Assembly: GCA_047495785.1 (NCBI GenBank)
Contig: JBLDXI010000063.1
Location: 1-64,000 of the forward strand
Length of the DNA: 64,000 bases
Direction: 5' to 3'
DNA from: Lepidodermella squamata
Lineage: Eukaryota; Animalia; Gastrotricha
Below, one piece after another: positions 30,669 to 41,842 of the stretch. Positions within the stretch are counted from its first letter, which is position 1, and each line of letters begins with the position of its first letter. The position numbers were made by a program, and so were the translations under genes. Under the pieces are notes generated by a model. That model ran no database searches. It worked only from the letters and a program-made list of their open reading frames with translations, and had not been told where the DNA came from.

Positions 30669-31391
30669 ATGATCAATTTTGATGAAATAATTCCAAAAAG
30701 CGAGTCTAAGCCACTCAATATTTCCCCTTTTTACCCGCAGCATTGTTTCCGAACAATTATTATCGGTCCAAGTAATAGCGGGAAAACTAATGATTTGCTC
30801 AATATCATCCATCATTCTGTTTTTCATAAGCTGCACATTTACTCTAAAACCTTGGATGAAGACAAGTACCAGTTTTTGATAAATTTGCAGAAAGCTAAAG
30901 AAGCCGAGTTGAAAATGAAAGGGGTAAACGAGTCACTTATCCACTTTTCCACTGATATAGCGGATGTCGTGCCCCTTGATAAGCTTGACAAGAAGTATCA
31001 GCACTTGTATGTCTTTGATGACATTTGTTTGGAAAATGCTAAAAACCAAGAGAAATACATCGGCGATCTCTACATCAGGTCGCGAAAGTACAATTGCTCC
31101 GTGGTTTATTTGAGTCAGTCATATTTCAAAATTCCGAAAATAATTCGCGACAATGCGCAGTTCATTGTTTTGAAAAAGCTGAATGATGGACGCGAACTGC
31201 AAACAATTCACAGAATTTATGCTGCAGAAATAGAAAAGCCTGGGTTCCTGAAAAAGTACGAATTGAGCGTTTCGTCCAATAATAATCACGGTTCTTTTAT
31301 AATAGACAGCGTGATAAAACATAAATTGCTGAAGCTAAGAGCAAATTATACGGGAATTTTTGTCAGCGAATCTGATTCAGCTGGGGCCTGA
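30669..31391 (+). CDS. A32/FtsK-like DNA packaging ATPase, 240 aa
   Basis: Walker A GPSNSGKT, Walker B YVFDD, RSRKYNCSVVYLSQSYFKIPKIIRDN. Confidence 0.93.
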   Translation: MINFDEIIPKSESKPLNISPFYPQHCFRTIIIGPSNSGKTNDLLNIIHHSVFHKLHIYSKTLDEDKYQFLINLQKAKEAELKMKGVNESLIHFSTDIADVVPLDKLDKKYQHLYVFDDICLENAKNQEKYIGDLYIRSRKYNCSVVYLSQSYFKIPKIIRDNAQFIVLKKLNDGRELQTIHRIYAAEIEKPGFLKKYELSVSSNNNHGSFIIDSVIKHKLLKLRANYTGIFVSESDSAGA

Positions 31392-31639
31392 GCGTAATTC
31401 CCAAAATTCCCTGGTAAATTCCCAAACTCTCTCAATATTTCCGAGGCCGGATTTATTAACTTGCGTCGGAAATCGCAATATTTGCTGTTTTAAGCTGGGT
31501 TAAACTAGAGTGTTTTCCGTTCAAATGAGTCGAAACGGAATTTTTCCCATGGCCTGATACTCTATCTTGAATTCTTCAACACTGAACGCATTCGGTTAAT
31601 TCGGTAAAATCTGATCGAGAAAATCTAGTGGTAAACCAA

Positions 31640-32794
31640 ATGCCGATCAAAGAACTCACGATCCCCGAACAGATAAAAATTTTGGAGCAATTAGATAGAG
31701 AAGAAAAACTGTATGATAAAAACCTCGCGCTTGCAAGTCACGATTCTTATGCGCTCAAGCACAAATTTGGGATGGAAACGGAACCCAGCCCGCTGACGGC
31801 CATGCAAACAGCATTCAACCAACGACCGACCACAGAAGCCATACGTAGTTTGCAAAATTCGATTAAAGAATTAGTTGTAAAAAAGAAACCACTAATAGCT
31901 AAACACGGCATTCCAACTATTTCTGCCTCAGCATCCCCTGTGGCTCTAAAAATCCCTAAACTCGAGTATGAGAGTCCTGAGAAAAGTAGGTTAGCCTCTT
32001 CGCGAAATTCGCAAGATGATGAGAGTGATCAAGACTCTGACTCGTCGAAGGAAAATGATGCTCAAGATGGGACATTTACCACAGACGAAATGAACACTAT
32101 CATCCGTCAGCATAATTTCCCAACAATTGAGCAAATTAAACAAGAGGACATAGAAGAAGCCGTAGTGAGTTTGGCCACATACAACAGACAGGTATTGGGG
32201 GCCAGGCTCTCTAGTCTCACACGAGCGGGGAAAAGAGATTCAGAAGACTATAATAGAATTAAGCGCGACATCGCAGTTTTGAGGAACTATCGCGAAACAT
32301 TAAAAAGCAAACAACTAGGCGACGGTTTCACTAAACCAATCCCAAAAAATCTCCAAAGGTTTGGGCGATTTTATGTACGCAAGGAAGACTTACTCGACGG
32401 GTGGCTCCGCGTCAGAAAAAAGAACCAAAGCAGAGTGTTTGATGAGCAAATTTCCGATGGTGTGAGAAATCTCATTTTGAAGCGATATGAACCGAAAAAG
32501 TACAAATACACCCAAGAAGATTTTTCACACTTCCAAGAAATTTGTCGTAGGACCGGATACCAACCGAAACCTCACTCCAACGTAAGATCTGAACTCGCAA
32601 TTTCTAGGCAGTCCGGTTCTGCGCTTTTTGTGACCTTACAGGATGCGCAAAAGCGTATGCTGCATTGTTTAGGAGAAATTAAAGCAGGTAATAACAATGA
32701 AGCCATTAGGAACGAATTGGTGTCTATAGCGGATTTGTTGTTGAAGCATGGAAAAATAACGAAGGAAGAATACACAACAGTTTGTAGTATATAG
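31640..32794 (+). CDS. Polinton protein of unknown function, ~384 aa
   Basis: long ORF in virion gene block; C-terminal LGEIKAGNN..IRNEL..I.D.L..G.I...EY pattern recalled from Polinton ORFs. Confidence 0.75.
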   Translation: MPIKELTIPEQIKILEQLDREEKLYDKNLALASHDSYALKHKFGMETEPSPLTAMQTAFNQRPTTEAIRSLQNSIKELVVKKKPLIAKHGIPTISASASPVALKIPKLEYESPEKSRLASSRNSQDDESDQDSDSSKENDAQDGTFTTDEMNTIIRQHNFPTIEQIKQEDIEEAVVSLATYNRQVLGARLSSLTRAGKRDSEDYNRIKRDIAVLRNYRETLKSKQLGDGFTKPIPKNLQRFGRFYVRKEDLLDGWLRVRKKNQSRVFDEQISDGVRNLILKRYEPKKYKYTQEDFSHFQEICRRTGYQPKPHSNVRSELAISRQSGSALFVTLQDAQKRMLHCLGEIKAGNNNEAIRNELVSIADLLLKHGKITKEEYTTVCSI

Positions 32795-32818
32795 AGAATT
32801 ATCTAGCTTCCAAATAAA

Positions 32819-33565
32819 ATGAGTCTGAATCCAATTTTCTTACCCCTAGAGTATCTTTCAAATAATCGAAGTTCTCGAAATAACACCATCGACCGATACC
32901 TCAATGATAAAATAGACTTCACTGGAAGGCGAATTGCAGTTAGTTATATTCATTTCAGCGATACGTTTCACAATGTTTCTGCTCGATACGGAAACAATAC
33001 GTTGAAATACTCGCTGAACGAAGAAATATTCGAAACAGTTTTTCCTGATGGAACGTACACCTTCCAAGATTTTAACAATTATTTGCATTTCCAGATGAAG
33101 TTAAACGGACATTTTGCCGTTGACAGCGCGAAAGGAGCAGAAATTTTCGGCATCAATATTAGTGTCAACCCCGTATTCAGTTGCATTAGCGTTAGGATTG
33201 CGGAGAATTATCGTTTGATGGTAGAAACTGACGCTATGGCCCGGTTTCTCGGGGTCAACGTAGGCTCCTACGACCGCGATTTCAATTCTCAAAACGTCCC
33301 TGATGTGACTATGGGGCTGGATACAATGTTTGTTCATTGTTCCGTGGTTAATAATAGCGTCATCCCCGAATATAACACAGTTATTTTTACTTGCCCTATC
33401 AACAAAAAATTTGGGGAACACGTCAACTACATCCCGAACGAGAAAAGGTTCCTAATGTGCACAAACGCGAACACGCAGAATATTCGAGTCTGGCTCACCA
33501 ATCAAGAAGGAAACGAGATTTACTTTGTGGAAAATAGGTGGGGGTTAGGTATAGATATAATCTAG
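32819..33565 (+). CDS. Minor capsid protein (penton), 248 aa
   Basis: HNVS..GNN, PDGTY...DFN, FVHCSVV, IRVWLTNQ.G..I.F pattern. Confidence 0.82.
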   Translation: MSLNPIFLPLEYLSNNRSSRNNTIDRYLNDKIDFTGRRIAVSYIHFSDTFHNVSARYGNNTLKYSLNEEIFETVFPDGTYTFQDFNNYLHFQMKLNGHFAVDSAKGAEIFGINISVNPVFSCISVRIAENYRLMVETDAMARFLGVNVGSYDRDFNSQNVPDVTMGLDTMFVHCSVVNNSVIPEYNTVIFTCPINKKFGEHVNYIPNEKRFLMCTNANTQNIRVWLTNQEGNEIYFVENRWGLGIDII

Positions 33566-33589
33566 TGCTTATCTAGTTATTGCTGAATT

Positions 33590-33907
33590 ATGAATAATCG
33601 AAAAAGAAAGCGCGTTTACATTTCTGGCCGAGGATTCGTCGACGTTGGTAAACACATTTTATCAAAAATAATAGCAGTATCAACTGAACCAGCCCAAAAT
33701 TTTGTCAAAGCAGCGCTGAAATCTGGTTCAGAAGCTGCGGGAGATAAAGTAGGAAGTTTTGTAGCAACGAAGTTGGCTGATAAAGTTCTGCCTAGTCATG
33801 AGACAACTAATCTTAAAGCCATAGAGGAGCTTGAGCGCAAAATTAAAAACAATATAACTTCATACTCGGGCTCTGGTTTCAAAAAAGTTGCATTTAAAAA
33901 AATCTAA
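33590..33907 (+). CDS. Small basic virion core-like protein, 105 aa
   Basis: KRKR N-terminus, GRG|F and GSG|F adenain-type sites, amphipathic helix. Confidence 0.7.
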   Translation: MNNRKRKRVYISGRGFVDVGKHILSKIIAVSTEPAQNFVKAALKSGSEAAGDKVGSFVATKLADKVLPSHETTNLKAIEELERKIKNNITSYSGSGFKKVAFKKI

Positions 33908-35074
33908 TCCTTTGGTAAATTATGCTTCAACAAGAGATTGTTAATAACATTTTCGAGACTACTGAAATTCAAGATCGGGTCTTTGAGAAAAAGACATGGA
34001 CGGAAACGCCAGCACAGAATTTCACTCAAGATCAAAATTCACAACCCTCGAAATTAATATTTTCCAGCTACAACCTAAAAGACAATTATTTACTAGTCAG
34101 AGAGGGGTACTTGGAGTTTCAATTGCAAATTAAAAGGAAGAATGGAGCCGCGTTCGTGAATACTGACAAGTATGCCATTCGGAATCACGTGTTGAGCCTG
34201 TTTGACAATATTGAAGTTCAAATCGTTCGTGGCGCGGAAGAACCAGCACTTTAGGCAAAAAAACTCGTGTACACAAGAGTACAGTATATTTATTCTGTAC
34301 AAACTGGTACAGTTTTGATGGCCGTAAATGTCAGTACAGCTCATTCGACTGTAGATTGAGTACAGTTGACCAGGCTGTATGTTAGATGTACAGCGTTTCA
34401 TTCCTGTATCATGGCGTACAGCTCATTGAGCTGTACGCCCAAGTACAGTCGAATGCAACGTACATGCTGAGTACAGGAGTGACAGCCGTAATGACTGTGT
34501 ACGGTTCGTCTAAACCGTACACGAGAGTACAGGAGATTCATTTTTATAACGTAGTCGATAGAAGTTACGGCCCGCAAACCCACTCACAATTAGATTGACG
34601 ATTTTGGTGAAAGAGTGAGAATCGGACGAATGTGCAGGTAATTAATTATTCGACGCGACGATTGCGACGCGACGATAGACGCGACGATAGACGCGACTTC
34701 CATGTTTCGTTGCTCACATAAGAAACTTGACAAATGATTTCAACCTCTACTCCACCTTCTCAGACAAATGAAAATTGGGCGTTGAGCAATAACGATTATA
34801 AGTAAGTTGTTTCCTTTTCAAACTCCTGTGAATAAAAAGTAGGACCGAAGTCACTTGTCACGTCTAATATTCGATAAATAAGTCATCGTTTTTGATGGTA
34901 ATAAAGCGCATTTTTAGCAGAAAGAGCAACTCGTGTCAAAATAAGGAATATAATCACACTTCATATTTCCTTCATGGTGACGATATATCCTATTTTTTCT
35001 TCACAGCCCGTTGCCGATATTACCATTGCAAACGATTGTTCACATTTTTCGTGATTTTAGGTAAATTTTCTGAA

Positions 35075-35988
35075 ATGACTGACTCAATAGTAAAAGTGAC
35101 TATCGGCGAGTCAAAGTGGGCACGTTGCGTTAGAATGAATAGTTCCGCGGAGAACCCTTTAGTATTTTTAAAAACGAAAATCTACCCCGTCTTCCGCAAC
35201 ATCTTTAAAGCTGACGACTATGGCCTTTTTTGGCATGATGGTGATCATTTCGTCATCATTGATGACGATGATGACCTCCTGCTAGCGTTTCACTTGAATC
35301 CAGAGCGCCTTCATATATCAGTCTTTTTTGGACGCTATCTCGAGGACCTAATGACGCTACAGCCATCTTTGTCGCAAAAGGTCGAGGACTTGACGAGAAT
35401 GATTTCAGGTATTTGTGAATATTTTTATCGAATATATCCTAGGTGGAAGTTCCTCTGATTTTCAAATTTTATGCTCAAAAGGAGAAAGTTTTCAGGACAG
35501 ATCTTCCTAGTTTAGGTTAAATGTAAGCTGAATTGCTGGAAAAATCGCAAATTTATCCCAGTTTTTCGCAGCGCTAGGGTTCAGATTGTTTATGCATATT
35601 TCTTTAATTAAATGTCTCTAATTTTGCATAAGAATTACAAACCGAACCTAAGCCGTCGCCGGCCCAGACGCCTTTCAATGCGCCACCTCTGAGTTTAGGT
35701 GCGTCACAGTCTCACCTACCCATTGTCACCGGTACCAGTGGCTCCAGAGCGGCACCGCAGACAGTTGTTGATCGGACTGGGTCACTTTACGACAAAGTCA
35801 AGGAAGTCCCGCTCCTAAAGGCGGTTGCTAGGACAATGGATGAGCGCCGGGACCTTGGGGAGCCAGGCTACGTCAGGTCAACAACTGAGCACTTCCACCA
35901 AATACTCAAGGAGATGGGTACTTGCTTCGAAGAGTCCTTTGGGGGACGTACCGTCACTAATGTGATGAGCAAAATGAACCAATACAGG
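35075..35988 (+). CDS. Transposon cargo gene: PB1 domain exon (35075-35408) + Myb/SANT-trihelix-like exon (35633-35988); short last exon near 36100 uncertain
   Basis: IVKVT..R..; YGLFWHDGDHFVIIDDDDDLLLAF resembles the PB1 OPCA motif; phase-compatible GT-AG intron; EVPLLKAV...FHQILKEM...GRTVTNVMSKMNQYR. Confidence 0.6.
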
Positions 35989-36117
35989 GTAAGGCAGTCC
36001 TAGTCTTGCTGAAGGCGTGGTTGCGAGTTTTTGTGAGGTTTTAAAATGGAATGAGGTGGAAATTACTTTAAATCTTCTTTTATATAACCAATTTCTTAGA
36101 GGTTTTAAAATATCGAG

Positions 36118-36489
36118 ATGGCCGCCATGGAACTTGATGAAACTACTGCTGAGTCTGAGTTGCGCCTAACGCGAAGCGAATGGCTTGAGTTGGAAAAATC
36201 TAAGAAAAAAACATCTAGAAGCTTGAGAGTCAAAGGCCAACGACGAGTTATGGGTAAATTTGTTGGGAAAAAACCTCATCGAATCGGTTTTCGCCGAAAG
36301 TGCCGCTTGTGCGATAAAACATTTTTCGATTCATCCGGTTTGAAAAAACATTTACAATTGTATTGCAAAAAAACAGGCAGCTTAGCTCTTACTGAGAAGG
36401 AAATTGAAGAATTGATTTATTGGTCAAAAAAAAATTATTTTGTCAAACAAAATGAGGCACCCAAGAGACGATCTAGTATGAAAAATTAG
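36118..36489 (+). CDS. Basic zinc-finger protein, 123 aa (transposon cargo)
   Basis: CRLCDKTFFDSSGLKKHLQLYC (C2HC finger). Confidence 0.6.
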   Translation: MAAMELDETTAESELRLTRSEWLELEKSKKKTSRSLRVKGQRRVMGKFVGKKPHRIGFRRKCRLCDKTFFDSSGLKKHLQLYCKKTGSLALTEKEIEELIYWSKKNYFVKQNEAPKRRSSMKN

Positions 36490-36566
36490 CCGATGAGAAC
36501 TAAAAATGATGCATATTGAACTTGATTATTGTTTATCTTTAGGACTTTATTTTGTCTACCTTAATA

Positions 36567-38778
36567 ATGTCGAGCAATTCTCATTCTGATGTTAGCGCGA
36601 CTTGCTCGTCGTGCTTGGGCTCTGCTGTTGGCAATGTATTGAGCAGAATGCTGGACAACCTCTCAGTTGTTTCCGCAACGTCAACGCCTTCTCAAATGTC
36701 GAATATTTCAGAAATTTCGAATGCTGACTATTTGCCTTCATTCATTTGGCCGAAAACTGAAGAAAGTGACGCGACCCTAGACTCTTCCTCCGATATAGCT
36801 AGAAACTTGAAACCCGGTGAGCCAGATCGAAACGTCCTGTTTCCACCGCTTCGGCCATTTTTATTTTATCATTGCAAGTGCCCAAATCGTTGTAAAGACT
36901 ATTTTCCTCAGCAAAATGTCCGCCGGCTATATGACGCTTTTCAAAACAGCAATTTAGATGACCGGCGCAGCTTCATAATTCGCCAAGTAATACCTCGACG
37001 TGGTCCTTCGAAACACCACACTTTTCAATTCGATGGCGCGTTTTCGAACAAGGCTTCGGCCGGCAACATTCGCGTGTGTTCGAAGTTTTTCCACAGCGCC
37101 CTTGGCCTTTCCCCGCGCAACTTCGTCGAGTGGACTTTAAAGAATAAAATTGGCGATCTAGGTTTCGCCAAGCCGGATGAACGAGGTTGTCAGCCCAATC
37201 CTAACGCAATCTCAAACGAACAGTTTGATCACTGCTGCAGGTAATTCCTTCCGGTCGATTTATGAAAACATTTATTTGCAAATTATTACAGATTCATTGA
37301 TAGCTATGAGCGTGCACCCGGTCATTATGTCCGAAAAAATTCCAGAAAAGTTTATATCCAAGGAGACATAACGCAGCGAGAAATGTTCGATGCATATTTG
37401 AGGCACTTTTCAACTCTCTCAGCGGGCCTATACCCACTTGGCTTCTCTTCCTTCAAACGGGTTTTACGCGAAGCCTACCCCGAACTGTCTTTGAAATTAA
37501 CCAAGAAAGACAAGTGTTGCAAATGCAGAAAATTTAGATTGCGGCTACGCGAAAACAGAGTTGACGAGAGGCGCAAATCTATCTTCCAGGTGCATTTATA
37601 CATGAAGAACGCTGCTAGGCGAGCTTGCAAGGCCGATACGAAAATGGCCCAAGAGAAATCGGAGGTTGTCGTGATACAGCTAGACTATGAAAAAGCATTG
37701 TTAAGCCCGGCTATTTCCGATGCAAACTATCACTACAGGAAAATGAAAACTTGGAATTGCGGTATTTTTGCGATGTTTATATATATTTTAAATATATATT
37801 ATATCTGTTGCAGTGATTTATGAAATGGTGTCTAAGAATGCGTTTTGCTTCATGTCCGATGACATTGACCTTGAACACCCTGACGGTAGCTCCGCTGGAT
37901 CTGCGTTATATGCCTATATAACCAAGTATTTACCGGTTCACCATCCGAACTGCCGTACGCTGATCATATATAGTGACAACGGCACAGGGAACCACAGCAG
38001 CTACTTCGCAAACGCCATCATGTTCGCATTGGAAAACACAACGTCACAGCTCCAATCGGTCCATCACAAATTTTTCCAAGCTAATCATACAATGATGGTC
38101 GTTGACCATTGTCATTCGTAATTTATGAATAGAAAATTGGCCGTTTTTCAACTTTTCAATTTTGTCAGATTGATTGAGCGAAGAGGCAGCCGGCATTCCA
38201 TCAATTTCCCTACAGACTGGCGAGAAGTCGCCCGAATTTGTCGCCCTGAACAACCATTTTTCATTCACGATTTGTCTTGGGATGAGCTCCTGGATTTCCA
38301 CGGCGAGCCAAGCTTCACATCAAAGCTTCGGAAGCCAAAAAACTGGAGAATGAGCAACAACCTCAACTGTGACCTTTTCGGGATTGGAACCAAGCCTAGC
38401 ACAAAAAGCGATTATTTACCATGGTCGGAAGGCGTTTGGTTCAGATATCGAAAGGGGACGAAAGCTGTCTTTGTTCGAGACGGCTACGAAGCGAAATGGC
38501 CTTGGAAGATGTACAGTCTATCGAAAAATTCGCTCAAAAAAGTACCAGTAGGAATTCCCCCGAAACTGAGAAAGTCCCCTCTTCCACTCCCTTACCCTTT
38601 GATGGCTGACATGCTTGAGATGCTGAAGAACGAAATTATACCGAGGTCATATACCGAGAAGATTCTTGATCTTCCTTATCAGCCGTGGAATGGCAAACAA
38701 ACCGACAAGCGTGCAATATTTGAGAGCTTCAATGTTAGAAAAAATTCAGTGCCTTATGATTCAGATTTTGATGATTGA
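36567..38778 (+). CDS. Sola-like DDD transposase, 685 aa; exons 36567-37240, 37292-37761, 37814-38117, 38169-38778
   Basis: three 51-52-nt GT-AG introns give one open frame; VCSKFF..ALG, GHYVR, KKDKCCKC, IQLDYEK, IYSDNGTG, NHTMMVVD..H..IE. Confidence 0.85.
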
Positions 38779-39281
38779 ATAAAAGATACCTAATTTCTAT
38801 ATTTGTATGATATAACATGAGTAGGAATCTATATTTGAGTGAAGCACGAAATATAGATCGAGTAAAGCGAATGAAACGAGTGAAATCGAGGCGGAGCGAG
38901 CCGGTAGGCGAGCGGAGACGAGATTTCACGAGGTGAATTAGTCGAACCTAATCACTAATCAGTCAATCAAATTACGTAATAGATAAAACCGCCGAATAAC
39001 CACTATACTTTGCGTTCACTTGCTGACGAAATATCGCGAAAAATGGGAATTTAAATTTGAGTAAACATTTGGATCGAAAATAATTGGTGGCATCCGCTAA
39101 GCTATAAGTCTAAGGTCTTCGCATCTGCAACTGCAGGGATCTGAAGCTGAACTGAAGGGATCTGAAGCTGAAAACTGCTATCCCGATCAAGATAAATAAA
39201 CTTTACCAAAGAATACGGCACAGACCATATACCGTACTTGAAGTGCGACATCGTCTTCTGTATTTCGCATGTACACTATCT

Positions 39282-39431
39282 TCTCTCCTGTACTTGAAGT
39301 ACAGTATCTCTCCTGTACTTGAAGTACAGTATCTCTCCTGTACTTGAAGTACAGTATCTCTCCTGTACTTGAAGTACAGTATCTCTCCTGTACTTGAAGT
39401 ACAGTATCTCTCCTGTACTATAAGTACAGTA
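39282..39431. repeat. Six tandem 25-bp units TCTCTCCTGTACTTGAAGTACAGTA
   Basis: direct reading; each unit holds the palindrome CTGTACTT-G-AAGTACAG (last copy variant). Confidence 0.92.
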
Positions 39432-40775
39432 TTTGAGCCGTATGCATGAGTACTGCCCGATCACTACAGTACTAAGCAGTACGGTCAGGCGTGCCGTACT
39501 GGGGTGTACAGCTAATTTCAGCTGTACAGCGAGTACAGCGCGCCGACTGTACTTTATTTTACAGTCGGTTTGAGCAGTACTGCTGTTTTACAGAGCCATG
39601 GACTGTACATTTCGGTACTGCTGAACAAAAAAAATAAGCAAAGTGCTGGTTCTTCCGCGACACGAACGAAATATCGGATTCAGATCACAAAATCGAAGAG
39701 CTGCGGTTCCTCGAACATTGGGCCAACATAAATTTCCTTTTAAAATGGAGTCCTGATTACGCCAATAGTTTAGGGGAAGAAGTGTTGTTTTCGAAAGACT
39801 GCCCGTTGGCTTTAGGAAGCACAACGCTAATTGCTGATGTGACGGCTGACACTTTCGATGCTTCGAAAGCTGCAGCTAACAAGGGTTTGATAACGCGAAG
39901 CAGTTATGTTAAATCTGCTGAGGCCACCGTCACTTTATATCTGAAAGATTTGCCCTTTTTCAATTCGTATCAGGGAATTTTCACGAAGTCTCGATTTAGG
40001 ATTATTCTCACCCCAAGCTATAATCGACCTTTGGTTTATGTGATTGCCGCGGCTGATAAAGATACAGCTGAAGGATTAACTTATTATTTCAATCGGGCTA
40101 ATATGTACGTCCCGGAAGTAACGCTCATGAACCAACAGAAACTTTCAATAATGAAAAAGTTCAACGAGGGATTCACTAAAATTCATAAATGGATATCGAT
40201 TGATCCATATCAGTCCTGTCAATTTGCTGCTAATACCACGAATATTCAGTACACAATCAGCACTGAAATAAGGAAACCCAATTGGGTTTATATTGTTCTT
40301 TGCCCCGATTACTCAGACGAGGAATATCCGAAGAAACTCACGCAGATATATAACACGTGGAACGTTACTTCATATTCCCTTTTGATTAATAACAAAGAAG
40401 CCTTTAATGAATCCAATGTTTCTTTTGCTAAGCTGAAAGCTCACCGGTTATACAATTACATAAAACAGAATATGCACCAGAACAGCGATAGGGAAAGTCT
40501 GAATACGGGATGTCAGATTTCGTACATGGAATTCTGCAACTTGTACAGAATTCTTTGCTTTTGCTTGGACGACGTAGATGCTACTTCCATTTACAACTCT
40601 CGAGCAGATAACACTGTTTCTGTAGTATTCAAAGCGACGGTCGGTGCGGTGAATAAGCCTCTTGTAATTTATTCGTTCATTGAAAGGGAAAAGGAGATAT
40701 GCTTCAACTACAAGCATGACTCTGTTGACATTAGTCTTACCAGCGTCTAATGCAAAATTTCTAATCTAGCGGTAA

Positions 40776-41405
40776 ATGAGCCATAAGTATTTCGAATACG
40801 AATTGCCCCTGGCGGATAGTCAGCTTGAGAAACTCCAGGGTGCGGTGAAGAACAAAAAGTCAATAACACTTAAATTTAGCAAACAGGTTATTCACCAAAA
40901 CGAAAATTTACGCAAGTTGATGCTTACCCAAACTCAAATAAACAAAGTAGAGAAGCACAAAGCCAACGATACCGGTGTTCAATTGAAGCTTAGTTTATCA
41001 CAACTGAAGAAAAGTCAATCAGGCGGCCTACTTCCCATCCTGCCCATACTTGCGAAAGCCGCAACGATTGCTGCACCTTTAGCCCTGAGTGCTGTATCAG
41101 GGCTGATAAACGGCGCAACCAACGCGATCGGTAACAAATTAGCGGGGAAGGGCGTAAACGAGACCACCGTACAACTATCAGTTCCAAAAGAGGATTTGAA
41201 TGAACTAGTCAAAATGGTCGATATGTTAGAAAATAAGAATTTATTGCCACTGGGCAGTAAACTTTCGATTGATCGCGATATTGAGCAAAAGGGTGGCTCA
41301 TTCGTTGTTCCACTAGTTGCTAGCCTGCTAGGGACATTTTTACCTACATTGTTCAGGGCGAATAAGGGAAATGGAGTGTATTTACCATGGGAGTCAAAAA
41401 ACTAG
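40776..41405 (+). CDS. Putative membrane-active virion protein, 209 aa
   Basis: QSGG|LLP and QKGG|SF protease-type sites followed by hydrophobic or amphipathic helices. Confidence 0.75.
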   Translation: MSHKYFEYELPLADSQLEKLQGAVKNKKSITLKFSKQVIHQNENLRKLMLTQTQINKVEKHKANDTGVQLKLSLSQLKKSQSGGLLPILPILAKAATIAAPLALSAVSGLINGATNAIGNKLAGKGVNETTVQLSVPKEDLNELVKMVDMLENKNLLPLGSKLSIDRDIEQKGGSFVVPLVASLLGTFLPTLFRANKGNGVYLPWESKN

Positions 41406-41836
41406 GGCGCTTCTTCCCACTTTCGAATTCGGATATTGACAAAATGATGTTCTCGAGAGTTGGGAAGAAGTACAATGGATGTTACCCCAGGCATCTCTTG
41501 CCTATACATTTGAAAAATGGATACTATGTGATCAACTTGGATGACTTTGGAGGGGGAACGCACTGGGTAGGAATGCAGGTAACTGATAGGGAAATAATTT
41601 ATTTCGACAGCTTTGGGTTCATTTGTCCCAATGAAGTCATTGATAGGCGAAGTAATCGCGACATTTGGTATTCCACTCATGAAATTCAGCACACTAAAAG
41701 TGTGGCGTGCGGTTTTTACGTTGTTTACTTCCTGTCAGAGCTGGCAAAAAATCGCAATAAGCTTGAAATTCTCCTCGATTTCACAAATGACGGGTCCATT
41801 TTGAATGATACCAAGCTTAAAGATCTGATGTCTTAG
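41387..41836 (+). CDS. Adenain-like cysteine maturation protease, 149 aa
   Basis: INLD...GTHWV, YFDSFG, IQ....ACGFY. Confidence 0.92.
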   Translation: MGVKKLGRFFPLSNSDIDKMMFSRVGKKYNGCYPRHLLPIHLKNGYYVINLDDFGGGTHWVGMQVTDREIIYFDSFGFICPNEVIDRRSNRDIWYSTHEIQHTKSVACGFYVVYFLSELAKNRNKLEILLDFTNDGSILNDTKLKDLMS

Positions 41837-41842
41837 CAATGA

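Larger units (their letters stand above)
34224..39668 (+). mobile_element. Sola-like DNA transposon, 5445 bp, apparently autonomous
   Basis: 29-bp TIRs CGTTCGTG[G/T]CGCGGAAGAACCAGCACTTT; 4-bp TSD AAAT (34220-34223, 39669-39672); spliced DDD transposase. Confidence 0.9.
33922..40750 (+). pseudogene. Major capsid protein gene split by a transposon (33922-34223 + 39673-40750, 459 aa when rejoined)
   Basis: removing 34224-39672 restores an in-frame ..FDNIEVQ-ISDSDHKIEE..LLKWSPDYANSLG..; size and position fit a double jelly-roll MCP. Confidence 0.85.

Noticed and set aside
39282-39431. CRISPR-like palindromic repeats
   Set aside because: Units are directly adjacent with no unique spacers; no cas genes; eukaryotic context
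34220-39672. Novel 2-bp CG target duplication for the CGTTCG elements
   Set aside because: A 4-bp AAAT duplication flanks the element, also restores the MCP frame, and agrees with ACCT at 51299; CG belongs to the TIR
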